Below, piece after piece: positions 29,021 through 38,643 of a stretch of 64,000 nt of DNA. Made by a program: the position numbers and the translations under genes. How positions within the stretch are numbered: the first letter of the stretch is position 1; the number at the start of each line of letters is the position of its first letter. This DNA is from Dehalococcoidia bacterium (GTDB lineage: Bacteria > Chloroflexota > Dehalococcoidia > UBA2979), in the NCBI GenBank assembly GCA_965261685.1, contig CBDHDI010000019.1:78005-142004 (forward strand), in the 5' to 3' direction. The notes beneath the pieces were generated by a model. The model had not been told where the DNA came from, searched no databases, and worked only from the letters and a program-made list of their open reading frames with translations.

Positions 29021-31351
29021 CTAACGCTCCGCGCCGACCAGCTCCGCCTCGCGCTCCAGCTCCAGCGCCCACTCGAAGAGCGAGAGCGTCGGAGCTTCGT
29101 ACCGGCGCCCACGCATAGGCTCATCCGGCCCTTCCGCCATGAACTCCGCCCAGGAGAACAGCGAGCGCTGCCGCTCCGACGGTTCGTCGGCGGCGGCGTT
29201 GCCGCCAGCCGGAACGGCGGCGTGGCCGTTGCCGTTGGCGTGAACCTCGACGGCCACCGGCTCGGGCGCGGCCCACTCGGCGTCGACCAACAGCGCCTCG
29301 GCCTCCGCCGCGACCTGCTGCGCCTGGGCGAAGACCGACTCGACCGAGTCGGTATCCTCCTCGCCGGCGATGATCTTCCTGGCCAGCGCCAGCATCAGGT
29401 CGTCGCCGTCGTCCCCGTAGGCGGCGAGGCCGTCCTCGGGCAGCTCCCCCTCGACGGCGAGGGAGCTTTGCAGCTTCTTCGCCACGAGTTGGAGGGCGTC
29501 CGCCTGGAGGGTGTTCCGGTAGGCCATGAAGACGACCTGCACGGGCTCCCTCTGGCCGATGCGCCAGGACCTGCGGGAGGCCTGGCGCATGGTGTAGACG
29601 CTGTAGTCCGTTTCGTACCAGCAGATCGTGGGGAACTCCACGAGGTCGAGCCCCGTCTGCACCAGCCGAGGGTGGCAGACGAGCACGTCGACGCCCTCCT
29701 CGACGCGCTGCGCCACCCACGCCTCGCGGCGCTCGGGCGGGACCGCGTCGGCCTTCATCACCGCGACGCGGAAGCCGTGGCGGCCGAGGAACTCCGCCAT
29801 GCGCCCGGTGATGTCGCGGGTGCCGGTGTGGGTCGCGTAGACCAGCACCCGGCGGCCCGCCAGCCGCTCGGCGGCGACGAGGTCGACGAGGGCCTGCTCC
29901 TTCGGGTAGAGCCGCTCCTCGGGGAGGGGCGGCACCTGCACGAGCAGCTCCTCGGTCTCCGGGTCGAAGACCGTCTCGCCGCGCGTGCAGCCGTCGGGGT
30001 AGGCGAGCAGCGTCTGCAGGTAGGTCGCGAGCAGCCGCCTGGAGCCCTTCGAGAGGGCGTCCGCGAGCGCCGCCCGCAGCGTCCCGAACAGCTCGTCGTA
30101 GCCACTGCGCTGGGAGAGCCCCGTCGCATCGGCCTCGGCGTCCATCGAGGAGAGCAGCACGCGCTCCTCGTAGGGCGGAAGCCCCGAGGCCACGTCCGCC
30201 AGCCGGAGGAAGACCGAGTTGCCGATGAGGTGGAAGAGCGCGGCTGGGGCGAGCCCCGGCCGCTCCCGGATCACCTTCCGGTACTTGCGGCGACGGCTCG
30301 TGCGGCCGTCCTCCTCGGCCACGTCGTCGTCGCGGCCGATCGTGTGCTCGACGAAGCCGTAGCGCTCGATCCAGCGGCCCTCCTCGGAGCGCCCGAACTC
30401 CGTGCGGATCTCCGGGCTGAACCGGTAGAGCAGGTGGAAGAGCGTCGAGGAGTAGCCGCCCATGAGCGTTCCCGAGAGGCTGAGCGACTTGCCGCAGACG
30501 TCGGCGAGGATGCCGGCGGCGATGCCCTGGGCGGAGCCGCGTCCCTTGTACTCGTGCACCTCGTCGCCGACCAGCAGGTCGAAGAACCGCTTCAGGCGCA
30601 GCTTCACGTAGTCGGCCAGCGGGTAGCGCTTCGGGCCCGAGCGGTCGGCCTGCCAGAGGGCGGAGCCGCACTCGCCGCAGCGGCGCTTGCGGCGGGCGAG
30701 GTCGCGGGCGAGCAACGGCACGCCGTCCTTGTCCACGACCTGCGCGTGGCAGTCGGGGCAGCACGGCACCTGGAACGGCTCGCCCGTCTCCTCGTGACGG
30801 ACGAGCCCGCGGGCAGTGGTGGCCCAGCGCTGGACGACGGCGGGCTGCCAGCGGTACGAGAGCTTGGCACGCTCGCGCGACATGATCGCGAAGAGCGGGC
30901 CGGGGCCGGTCGTGGCGCGCAGCCGCTCGAGGTCGGTGATCGAGGCGACGATGACGGCGCGGGCGCCGGGCACCGTCTCCTCGACCTCGCGCTTCCATTT
31001 GCGGGTGAGGTGCGGCGGGCAGAGCACGAGCACCCGCTCGAAGCCCGCCATGTAGGCCGCCGAGGCGGCGATGAAGGTCTTGCCCGTGCCCATCTCGCCG
31101 ACGACGGTCGTGCCGCGCTGCGCCTCGAGCGAGAGCGCCGCGCCGCGGATCGCGTCGGCCTGCGCGCCGAGGGGAGCGCGCAGCAGGGGCGGGAGTTCGC
31201 GGCCCGGCTCGGAGGGCCGGTAGCGGGGTGGGTACGACTCCACCACCCGCCGGGCGATGGCGTCGCGGTAGGCGTCGATGAATCCTGCGAGGTCCATGGT
31301 TCCGTTCCCTTCTTGCTTTGGTCGTGACGTGGCGAGGCCCCGCGATCGCAT
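29021..31351 (-). CDS. SNF2-family (DEAD-like) helicase with an inserted zinc-ribbon
   Basis: 776 aa. Motif I GEMGTGKTF, DEAH-like LVGDEVHEYK, inserted CCPDCH...CGECG zinc-ribbon, and C-terminal helicase motifs (...WRIGQ). The 3' end is coupled to a methyltransferase gene. Confidence 0.85.
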   Translation of the reverse strand: MRSRGLATSRPKQEGNGTMDLAGFIDAYRDAIARRVVESYPPRYRPSEPGRELPPLLRAPLGAQADAIRGAALSLEAQRGTTVVGEMGTGKTFIAASAAYMAGFERVLVLCPPHLTRKWKREVEETVPGARAVIVASITDLERLRATTGPGPLFAIMSRERAKLSYRWQPAVVQRWATTARGLVRHEETGEPFQVPCCPDCHAQVVDKDGVPLLARDLARRKRRCGECGSALWQADRSGPKRYPLADYVKLRLKRFFDLLVGDEVHEYKGRGSAQGIAAGILADVCGKSLSLSGTLMGGYSSTLFHLLYRFSPEIRTEFGRSEEGRWIERYGFVEHTIGRDDDVAEEDGRTSRRRKYRKVIRERPGLAPAALFHLIGNSVFLRLADVASGLPPYEERVLLSSMDAEADATGLSQRSGYDELFGTLRAALADALSKGSRRLLATYLQTLLAYPDGCTRGETVFDPETEELLVQVPPLPEERLYPKEQALVDLVAAERLAGRRVLVYATHTGTRDITGRMAEFLGRHGFRVAVMKADAVPPERREAWVAQRVEEGVDVLVCHPRLVQTGLDLVEFPTICWYETDYSVYTMRQASRRSWRIGQREPVQVVFMAYRNTLQADALQLVAKKLQSSLAVEGELPEDGLAAYGDDGDDLMLALARKIIAGEEDTDSVESVFAQAQQVAAEAEALLVDAEWAAPEPVAVEVHANGNGHAAVPAGGNAAADEPSERQRSLFSWAEFMAEGPDEPMRGRRYEAPTLSLFEWALELEREAELVGAER

Positions 31352-31390
31352 GACCGCGGGGCCTCGTGGATGCGGCCCGGTGTCGAGCCG

Positions 31391-32425
31391 TCAGGCGGCG
31401 ATGTCAGTGATCTCGCCGATGTCGAGGTCGAGCGCGACGACGGTGGTGCGCAGCCGCTCCCGGTAGGTCTCCTTCTCGGGCGTGGTCTCGACGAGAACCA
31501 TCTCCTTGCTGGTGCGGCCCTTGACGAGGATGCGGCTGCCGTCGGCCTCGAGCTGGAGGTTGTCGAGGAACCCGGCCGCCACCAACATCGCCAGGTGGCC
31601 GCGACGCAGCGGCATGAGCGGGCGCGTGCGCCCGTCCTCGGCCGGCCAGAGCGCGTCGGTGACCGTGGCGCTGACCCAGAGGCCGGAGCGCCGCGACTCG
31701 GCAGCCGCGGCTGCCGGGTCGATGGTGCGGGTGGCGAAGAGCACCTCGCCGCCCGCGGTCGCCCGTGCGTTGTAGACCGGGTAGCGCTGCCTGGTCAGCT
31801 CCTCGACGTTGCCCTCCATGCACTCCTGCAGGCGCACGGCGCCGTACTGGTCGTACTGCACCTCGGCCTTGCGCGTGCCGGTCACGACGACCTGGTCGAA
31901 GGCCTCCCGCTCGGGGTCGGGGAAGGCCCAGCAGCGCAGCCGCGCGTAGTGCGAGGCGAGGTAGTTGGCGGAGCCCGCCAGCCGCCGCCTCGGGATGACG
32001 AACACGAGCAGGCCATGCTCGGCCAGGTAGCGTGTGCAGTGCCGCAGGAACGCGTGCTCGGTCCTCTTCTCCTCGCCGGCGTCATCGTCGTACGGAGGGT
32101 TGAGGTAGAGCAGCCCGAACGCTCCGTTGGCGATCGACGTCTGGAAGAGGTCCGTGCCCAGCACGTGGTCGAGGCGGTCCTCCGCCTCCCGTGCGCGCTC
32201 GGCGTGGAGCTCCACGCCGTAGGTCTCGACGGCGGAGCCGTCGGGGCGGTCGATGCCCGCTGCGAGCTGCACGAGCGCATCCCCGGCCCCGCAGCAGGGG
32301 TCGAGGATGCGCAGCGTCGTCTCGCCGCGTGCGGTGCTGCGAGCCTGCATCAGGCTCGCGATCATCTCGGTGACGCGTGGCGGCGTCGGGTAGAAGCCAC
32401 CCTTCGCCTGGGCTGCCAGTCTCAT
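31391..32425 (-). CDS. N6-adenine (NPPY-type) DNA methyltransferase
   Basis: Using the internal ATG at 32425 (MRLAAQAKGGFYPTPP...) gives ~345 aa. SAM motif ILDPCCGAGDAL and catalytic LLYLNPPYDDD are present. The ATG overlaps the stop of the upstream ORF (ATGA). The 474-aa six-frame ORF is over-extended. Confidence 0.75.
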   Translation of the reverse strand: MRLAAQAKGGFYPTPPRVTEMIASLMQARSTARGETTLRILDPCCGAGDALVQLAAGIDRPDGSAVETYGVELHAERAREAEDRLDHVLGTDLFQTSIANGAFGLLYLNPPYDDDAGEEKRTEHAFLRHCTRYLAEHGLLVFVIPRRRLAGSANYLASHYARLRCWAFPDPEREAFDQVVVTGTRKAEVQYDQYGAVRLQECMEGNVEELTRQRYPVYNARATAGGEVLFATRTIDPAAAAAESRRSGLWVSATVTDALWPAEDGRTRPLMPLRRGHLAMLVAAGFLDNLQLEADGSRILVKGRTSKEMVLVETTPEKETYRERLRTTVVALDLDIGEITDIAA

Positions 32426-33093
32426 CTCGTGTCTCCTTCCCTGGTCAGGGTTGTCGTGGGCTCCGCGGGCTCCTCCCGCGGCAGCGTGAGTGTCCCGGCC
32501 GCCACGGCGTGCGAGAGGTCCTCGCGCAGCGCCTCGGCGTTCGGGGTGCAGCGGTAGGCGGCGATGCCCGCCGACTGCAGCGGCACGATCTCGCCCTCCG
32601 CCAGGCCCCGGCGCCACAGCCAGTCCGCCCAGTTGCGGTGCAGGGGCAGCGGGCTGCGGCGGTCGAGGAAGCGGTGGTGCAGGGCGGGCGCATCCTCCTC
32701 GCCGGGGGCGAGCAGCAGGAACGCGTCCCGCTCGAAGGCGTACTCCGCGAGGCGGGTGTACACCATCGCGTGCCAGCCTCCCGAGACCGGCAGGCGGCCG
32801 ATCTTCGTCGTCCACGTGCCGAGGGTCTCGTAGGGAACCTCGCAGCGGTGGAAGCCGCCCGAGAGCACCGCCCCGTCGGTACCCGCGAGCAGGTGCGCGG
32901 TCTCGGGCGGGTGCTTGAGCAGGGCGGCCCAGATCGCCTTGAGGGCGCTCTGGGCACCGACCATCGAGAGGAACCAGAGTCCCTCCGAGTCGGGGTCGCG
33001 CGCGAAGGCGTCGGCCGTGGCCGAGAAGCCGTTCGCGCTGATCGTGTACAGGTCCCGGGTGTCCGGGGCGGCGTGCGCCTCGATCATGGGCAT
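32422..33093 (-). CDS. Hypothetical protein (223 aa)
   Basis: Its stop is coupled (ATGA) to the methyltransferase start. No motif recognised. Confidence 0.5.
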   Translation of the reverse strand: MPMIEAHAAPDTRDLYTISANGFSATADAFARDPDSEGLWFLSMVGAQSALKAIWAALLKHPPETAHLLAGTDGAVLSGGFHRCEVPYETLGTWTTKIGRLPVSGGWHAMVYTRLAEYAFERDAFLLLAPGEEDAPALHHRFLDRRSPLPLHRNWADWLWRRGLAEGEIVPLQSAGIAAYRCTPNAEALREDLSHAVAAGTLTLPREEPAEPTTTLTREGDTR

Positions 33094-33148
33094 GCTCCGT
33101 TCGTAGGTTTTGGTTGGGTTGATGCGCGGGCGCGAGCCCGCGTGTGCG

Positions 33149-33646
33149 TCAGCCGCCGAAGAGCCCGCGCTCCCGGAGGCTGACGGCCTCGTCGCCGATC
33201 ACGATGTGGTCGAGCAGCTCGATGCCGAGCAGCGTCGCCGCCTCCGCCAGCGCCTTCGTGACGTCGACGTCGTTCGTGCTCGGCGACGCGTCCCCACTGG
33301 GGTGGTTGTGGACGACGATCAGGTTGGGGACGGCCTCGACGACCGCTGGACGCAGCACCTCGGCGAGCCGGACTACCGCCGAGTAGCAGTTGCCGAGGTA
33401 GATCACCCGCTGGCCGACAACGCGGTTGCGGCGGTCGAGCAACAGCACGCGCAGTTGCTCCTGCGCGAGCGTCGCCATCTCCGGCCCCAGCAGCCGCTGC
33501 ACGTCCTCCGGCGAGCCGACTACCGGTGCGTCGGGCTCGCGCTCGGGCCGCGTCTCGACCTCGTAGCGGACCGCCAGCTCGTTGAGGACATCGAGGTTGC
33601 TGCGGAGCGCCGCGAGCAGCGCGTCCGCGTGCGCGGTGGCGGTCAT
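33149..33646 (-). CDS. radC: RadC-like JAB/MPN-domain protein
   Basis: Using the internal ATG at 33646 gives ~165 aa. LIVVHNHPSGDASPSTNDVDVTKAL carries the HNHPSG...PS..D JAMM signature of RadC proteins. Confidence 0.8.
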   Translation of the reverse strand: MTATAHADALLAALRSNLDVLNELAVRYEVETRPEREPDAPVVGSPEDVQRLLGPEMATLAQEQLRVLLLDRRNRVVGQRVIYLGNCYSAVVRLAEVLRPAVVEAVPNLIVVHNHPSGDASPSTNDVDVTKALAEAATLLGIELLDHIVIGDEAVSLRERGLFGG

Positions 33647-34179
33647 GCCGTCACCTCCACGGCGATCGCCTGCCCGAGCGGGCAGATGCAGTCCTGGTGG
33701 TCGGGCGAAGCCTCGTCGTCGCAGTCGAGGCAGTTGCCGCAGTTGCGGCAGGCCACCCGCTGGTGCGCGGCGTCGCGGGCGTGACGCCGGGCGACAGTGT
33801 CCTCCCAGCAGCAGTTCAGCTCGCAGTTGTCGCCGTGGTCGTCCGCGTCCGCAGCGTCGTCCTGCTCGCAGGCGCGGCAGTAGGTCCGGCCCTTGACGAT
33901 GGGGTGACCGCAACCGGCGCAGTCCCCGCCGTAGTCGCCGCTGCGCTCGAGCTCGGCCCGCACGATCTGGCGGGCGGAGGGGTGGCCTTCGGGCCCGCCG
34001 GACTCGGCGACGTAGTGCCAGGCCCACTTCGCCCCGAGGTCGGCCCAGTCGTCGGTGCGGTAGGACCAGCCGTCGCAGGTGCAGTGGCCATTGAAGTGGT
34101 CCGGACCCTCGAGCAGGGTCATGACCAGCGTGTGCGCGCTCCAGGTCGGGAGCGCGTCGCGTTCGATATCGCGCGCCAT
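33643..34179 (-). CDS. Cys-rich hypothetical protein (178 aa, many CxxC pairs)
   Basis: Many Cys pairs (CTCDGW, CAGCGH, CRAC, CRNCGNCLDC) suggest zinc binding. Its stop is coupled to the radC start. Confidence 0.45.
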   Translation of the reverse strand: MARDIERDALPTWSAHTLVMTLLEGPDHFNGHCTCDGWSYRTDDWADLGAKWAWHYVAESGGPEGHPSARQIVRAELERSGDYGGDCAGCGHPIVKGRTYCRACEQDDAADADDHGDNCELNCCWEDTVARRHARDAAHQRVACRNCGNCLDCDDEASPDHQDCICPLGQAIAVEVTA

Positions 34180-34290
34180 GTTCGGTTCTCCTTCGTGCAG
34201 TGCTTGGAAACGAGAGCGGGGCCGCCCCGGTCAGGGAGCGGCCCCGTGTGCGCCCGCACGCGGCGGGCGGCGTCTGTGTGCCGTGGTTGG

Positions 34291-34689
34291 CTAGAAGGGC
34301 TGGTCGTCCGCCGTCGCGGCGGCGGCCTGCTGACCACCGTTGCCGTTGCCGTTGCTGCGCCCGTTGCCGTTCGAGTCGAGGAAGATGACCTCCTGCGCGT
34401 GCACCTCGCTGCGGTGGCGGCGCTGGCCGTCCTGTGTCTCGTAGCTGTTCTGGGCGAGCGAGCCGGCGACGAAGATGCGGTTGCCCTTCTTCACGTACTC
34501 GGCGACGGCCTCGGCCTGCTTGCCCCAGCAGACGACGTTGTGCCAGTCGGCGTCGGTCTCGCCGTTCTGGCGGCGGCGGTCGGTCGCCAGCCTGAGCTGG
34601 CAGATCGCGGTGCCGTTCTGGCTGTACTTCAGCTCGGGCTCCGTGCCCACGCGGCCCAGCAGCTCGATGCGGTTGATCGTCCGTGACAT
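34291..34689 (-). CDS. ssb: Single-stranded DNA-binding protein
   Basis: 132 aa. The OB-fold N-terminus (MSRTINRIELLGRVGTEPELKYSQNGTAICQLRLATDRRR...WHNVVCWGKQAE) is followed by a Gly/Asn-rich tail ending in the acidic DDQPF. Confidence 0.85.
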   Translation of the reverse strand: MSRTINRIELLGRVGTEPELKYSQNGTAICQLRLATDRRRQNGETDADWHNVVCWGKQAEAVAEYVKKGNRIFVAGSLAQNSYETQDGQRRHRSEVHAQEVIFLDSNGNGRSNGNGNGGQQAAAATADDQPF

Positions 34690-34884
34690 TGTTCAGGTTC
34701 TCCTTCTGGTGATGGTTGTCACCGTGGTGGTGCGGTCTCGCCGCACCTGGTTCGAAACGACGGCGAGGCCGCCCCGAAGGACGGCCCCGTGTGCGCTCCC
34801 GGAAGGGAGCGTCTCTGCAAGCGCTTGTGCTTCAGGCACCTGCGATGGGCACCTCCTTTCGTTCATTCGCCGGCTTTCGGGTGC

Positions 34885-35604
34885 TCAGGCGGCCTTCGGC
34901 GTCTCGCTCGCGCCGTCCTCCTGGAGCTTGCGAGCCGCGGCCTCCACCAGCGGGGTGAGGGCCGCGACCGGCAGGTCGTCCAGGTCACGCCCCGTGCGCT
35001 CGCGCACGGCAGACCGCACCTTCACCTCGTCGAAGCCCCGGCAGTTGCCGAGGTCGACGAGGGTCTTGCGCAGCGACGGCGCGAGGTCGCCCGTCGCCCC
35101 GTCGCCGTAGAGGCTGTTCCCGAACTGGTCGCCGTAGCTCCGCAGCGCCCGCTTGAGCGCGTCGGTCACAGCTCCCTTGTGTGCGGTCTCGTGGCCCTCA
35201 ACTGTCTCGTCGGCGACGGCCTGGAAGCCGACGTCGGTGCGAGACGGCGAGCCGGGAACCGCGACCCGGACGGTCGCGGTGTAGGCGCGCCAGGGCTTGG
35301 CCTCGCCCGTCCTCGGGTCGACGCTCTCGCCCTCCCGCAGCACCACCGGGGCGACCAGCTCGTAGCCCCAGCCGCCGTGCCCGAAGACGCGGTTGGCCTG
35401 GTCGATGACGGTGTACCCCTCGAGGTAGGCGTAGCTGCGGTTGCCGCGCCCCTTGCGCTGCGAGACGAGGCCCTCGTCGAGGGGCTCGCCCAGCCGCTGC
35501 GTGACCGCGGGCGGGAGGCTCTCCCACACGAGGTCGCGCTCGGGGATGGGCTCGGGGTGGACGCCGTTGCGGCTGCCGTTGACGGTCGGTGTTGCGTTCG
35601 TCAT
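34885..35604 (-). CDS. Rad52/Rad22-family single-strand annealing protein (SSAP)
   Basis: YAYLEGYTVIDQANRVFGHGGWGYELV closely parallels the eukaryotic Rad52 YIEG..VI.LAN..FG.NGW motif. Confidence 0.75.
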   Translation of the reverse strand: MTNATPTVNGSRNGVHPEPIPERDLVWESLPPAVTQRLGEPLDEGLVSQRKGRGNRSYAYLEGYTVIDQANRVFGHGGWGYELVAPVVLREGESVDPRTGEAKPWRAYTATVRVAVPGSPSRTDVGFQAVADETVEGHETAHKGAVTDALKRALRSYGDQFGNSLYGDGATGDLAPSLRKTLVDLGNCRGFDEVKVRSAVRERTGRDLDDLPVAALTPLVEAAARKLQEDGASETPKAA

Positions 35605-35805
35605 GTCTCTCTCCTTCGTGCTGTGCGTTGCCTGGGTGGATGGGTGCGGGCCGCCCCGGTGGGGAGGCCCGTGCGCGGGGCGGAGCCCCGTCGGTCAGCG
35701 GTCATCGCGCCTCCTTCCGGTGGGCGGTTGGCCGGCGGGCACACGGAAGCCACCCGGCCCCTTTGGGGAGCCGGGCAGTCGAGGCCCGTCGGTGGGATGG
35801 GTTGG

Positions 35806-36852
35806 TTAGCGGGCGGCGCGGGCCGCCCGTTCGAGCAGGTGCAGGAAGACTTCCCGCCCCTGCGGCTGGGTTGCAAGTTCGGCCACGTCGGCGATGCCCT
35901 CGGGCAGGCTCACGACAGCCGCGCGGCGGCCGAGCAGGTCGCCGAGCCGCGCCGTGGCTTCACGCCCGGCGTCGTCCCGGTCGAAGGCGAGGAAGACGCG
36001 GGGGCAGCCGCGCAGGGCGGCGGCCACGCGCTCCATGCCCTGCGTTCCGAGGGCGGCGCAGGCCGGCAATCCCCACTCGCTCAGGACGAGCCAGTCGAAG
36101 ACGCCCTCGGTCACGACCGCCCACGGCAGCGCGGGACCGAGCCGCCCCATGCCGAGCACGGGCTTGGGGCCGGGCAGCGCCTGGAAACGGGGCGAGTGCT
36201 GCCGGTCGATGGCCCGCCCCGCCAGCCAGCGGACGCGTCCGTCGGCGATCTCGGGGACGACCACCATCCCGGCGAAGCGCTCGCCTCGCTCCGTGAACAG
36301 CCCGCTCTCGCGGATCCGTCCGGCCGCGAAGCCGGCGGACGCGAGCACCCCCCGCAGCCCGCGCCCCGGCGCGTAGCCGAGACCGAGCCGCGCGGCCGTC
36401 TCGAGGCCGATGCCCCGTGAGGCGAGGTACGCCCTCGCCTGGGAACTGTGACGGAGCTGCTCCGCGTAGTACCTCGCCGCCGCCGTCACCAGCGCCGGGT
36501 CCGGCGGCGGTGCCGCAGTCCGAGCACCGGCCCGTCGAAAGGCTCCGAGGCGGGCAGGAGCGGTCGTGGGCGGAGAGGCGTCGAGCCGCCGGATCGCCTC
36601 CGGCAGGCTCACGCCCTCGGCGCGCTGGATGAAGTCCAGCGCGTCGCCGCCCTCGCCACAGCCGAAGCAGTACCAGCGCTCCGTGTCGCCGTAGACCGTG
36701 AAGCTGCCCTCGGCCTCCTCGTGGAAGGGGCAGACGCCCTGGCGGACGCGGCCCCTGCCGCGCAGCCGCACCCCCGACGCCTCCACCACGTCGCCCAGCA
36801 GGTGACGCGCCTTCAGCGCCGCGATGTCCACGGGCGCTTGCGCGGCGACCAT
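35806..36852 (-). CDS. DnaG-like primase (CHC2 zinc finger + TOPRIM)
   Basis: Using the internal ATG at 36852 gives ~349 aa. CPFHEEAEGSFTVYGDTERWYCFGCGEGGD is the CHC2 finger; a TOPRIM domain follows (VTEGVFDWLVL...FLAFDRDDAGREA). The 527-aa six-frame ORF has an Arg/Gly-rich spurious extension. Confidence 0.8.
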   Translation of the reverse strand: MVAAQAPVDIAALKARHLLGDVVEASGVRLRGRGRVRQGVCPFHEEAEGSFTVYGDTERWYCFGCGEGGDALDFIQRAEGVSLPEAIRRLDASPPTTAPARLGAFRRAGARTAAPPPDPALVTAAARYYAEQLRHSSQARAYLASRGIGLETAARLGLGYAPGRGLRGVLASAGFAAGRIRESGLFTERGERFAGMVVVPEIADGRVRWLAGRAIDRQHSPRFQALPGPKPVLGMGRLGPALPWAVVTEGVFDWLVLSEWGLPACAALGTQGMERVAAALRGCPRVFLAFDRDDAGREATARLGDLLGRRAAVVSLPEGIADVAELATQPQGREVFLHLLERAARAAR

Positions 36853-37316
36853 CACGAGCCGCCCTTCGCCAGGGGCCGGAGCCCCCGCAGGCTGCGCCGC
36901 GAGACGACCTTGCCGGATCGCCAGCGCATCCCGAGGACCGCCAGCACCTCCAACGCCCCGCCGGGGTACGGAGCGAGCACCGCGGCTCGCCCGGTGGCGG
37001 GACTGTAGACGACCGCCTCGCGCCCCGCGAACCGCCGCCTCGCGAGGTCGAGCCACTCGGCGTACGCCCAGCGCGCCTCCTGCTCCGTGACCCCCTTCAG
37101 GTCCGCGCCGGCGAGGAGCGCAAGCGCCCCGTCGAGGTCGCCCGCCTGCCGCAGCCGCCGCGCCTCGTGGACGCTGCGGGCGATGCCTGGCGCGGGCTCC
37201 GGGGCGGCTCTGAGGAGCGCCTCGAAGACCCGGTCCACCAGCTCTTCGAGGCTGCGGCCGGGGCGGTCCCCCGCCACCGTCGCAGCCGTCTTCATCGTTG
37301 CCGTTGCCATCGTCAT
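36852..37316 (-). CDS. Hypothetical protein (~155 aa)
   Basis: Its stop is coupled to the primase start (ATGA). A plausible start MTMATATMK sits after an RBS-like GGAG. No motif recognised. Confidence 0.4.
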   Translation of the reverse strand: MTMATATMKTAATVAGDRPGRSLEELVDRVFEALLRAAPEPAPGIARSVHEARRLRQAGDLDGALALLAGADLKGVTEQEARWAYAEWLDLARRRFAGREAVVYSPATGRAAVLAPYPGGALEVLAVLGMRWRSGKVVSRRSLRGLRPLAKGGS

Positions 37317-37439
37317 TTCGGTGCTCCTTGTGCTGTGGCTCGTGCCGGTGTCGTGCGCCCTCGCGGGCATGAAGAGGGGCCGCCTCCAAAGAGGCGGCCC
37401 CATGGCTGGGTGGATACGGTGGGCCGGAGCCCAGGGTCG

Positions 37440-37943
37440 TTAGCGCCGGACCACCCTCGTGCGGCGGCGGCCGGCAAGCAGCCGTGCGACGAAGATCGCC
37501 CCGGCACCGAGCCCGGCCGCGTTGAGCACGGCCAGTTCACCGCCGTGGCCGAACAGCAACGGCGCCGCGAGCAGCGCCACCAACCCGACGACCACCGCGG
37601 GCTTCCGCCCACGCCTCGTTGGGCGAACTGCGGGAGCCTCGCCCACCGGCTCGTAGGCCGTCCAGATGGGCAGCCCGATCACGCCCTCGAGCGCGGTGAC
37701 GGCGTGGGCGCGCGTGCAGCCGCCGGTGTGGCAGCGCACGTCGATGCCGTTGCCGTCGGCCCGCTGCCGGAACGCCAGTCCGTCCGACGCGCCGCCGTGG
37801 CAGATGGCGGTGCTCGTCCAGAACCAGCCCCGCTCGAAGCTCACCCGCTGCGGGATGAGATTCGCAATGCGGCCGGCGCTCGGTCCTGTGTACTGCTGGG
37901 CCATGGCTCGCATCTCCATGGCGTCCCTCTGCTCGGTGTTCAT
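37440..37943 (-). CDS. Hypothetical protein with CHGG...CHTGGC motif and C-terminal hydrophobic segment
   Basis: 167 aa; possibly zinc-binding with a membrane anchor. Position and frame only. Confidence 0.4.
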   Translation of the reverse strand: MNTEQRDAMEMRAMAQQYTGPSAGRIANLIPQRVSFERGWFWTSTAICHGGASDGLAFRQRADGNGIDVRCHTGGCTRAHAVTALEGVIGLPIWTAYEPVGEAPAVRPTRRGRKPAVVVGLVALLAAPLLFGHGGELAVLNAAGLGAGAIFVARLLAGRRRTRVVRR

Positions 37944-37949
37944 TCCTCG

Positions 37950-38640
37950 TGACCTCCTTCGTCACTGCTGCGTTGCTGGTGACCCGTGCCGGCATCCGTG
38001 GCGCGGGTCATGGCTGGGTTGACGCTGGACACACTCCGCCCACGGTCGGATGCCGGACCGGGGAACGGGGTGGCTGGGCCGCGCGTATGCGAAGCGGCCG
38101 GCCTGCGAGTCAGTCGCGGGCCGGCACGTCTTCAGCGCGGCGGGCATGGGGAACGGGCCGAGCGCAGGACGCACTCCGCCCAGGGACTCCGGGGTCGTGG
38201 CGCAAAACGCACCTCGCCCGCGGTCTCCCGGCGTTCGAGGCGGCCTCGGGGGAGCATCGCTCGACCCTCTGACTGCCTCCCGCTGCGGGAAGACGGTTAT
38301 CCCTCACTGGACCGCCATCGGGAGAGCAGGGCTCTATCCGTCAGGTCGTTCCGGGTCCGGGATGGACCCTCCAGGTTTCTACGGCAGGAAACGCTGGCAA
38401 AGCCGGAAACTGCTTGGCAGTGTCGCCGAACGCCCGCCCCCAATGGAAGGGGTTTCGGGGCTTCCGGCCCAAAGTGTTCACTCCCGTTCAACAGGAGTGC
38501 GACAACTCTTCGACTGGGGTCGGCCGGGCCACGTCCACCAGTGGTCTGGGCGAGCATGGGGCGCACTCAGCACGGCGCGTGCGCCCAGCTGCACCGTGCC
38601 GACATTAGCGTCGAAGCGGCCGAGAATGGGACCATGCCAC
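37950..38640. other. ~690-bp region with poor coding character and repeated motifs (candidate origin/iteron region or ncRNA)
   Basis: CACTCCGCCCA recurs at ~38031 and ~38171. GGGGAACGGG recurs at ~38058 and ~38147. A hairpin GGGTCCgggatGGACCC lies at ~38353. No in-frame start gives a sensible protein until 38644. Confidence 0.3.
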
Positions 38641-38643
38641 GTA

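Noticed and set aside
29121-30998. 625-aa minus-strand ORF in an alternative frame inside the SNF2 helicase gene
   Set aside because: It is a same-strand alternative frame of a clearly motif-bearing gene, extremely Arg/Gly/Pro-rich with no motif.
38260-38520. Possible tRNA/tmRNA/RNase P RNA in the non-coding region
   Set aside because: I could not find a T-arm GGTTCGA(N)TCC box, a CCA end or the RNase P conserved boxes. The region is kept only as an unspecified structured/non-coding candidate.
37986-38643. 5' two-thirds of the 483-aa plus-strand ORF
   Set aside because: The translated sequence is low-complexity Arg/Gly/Pro-rich and the DNA carries repeat motifs. A sensible protein starts only at the internal ATG at 38644.
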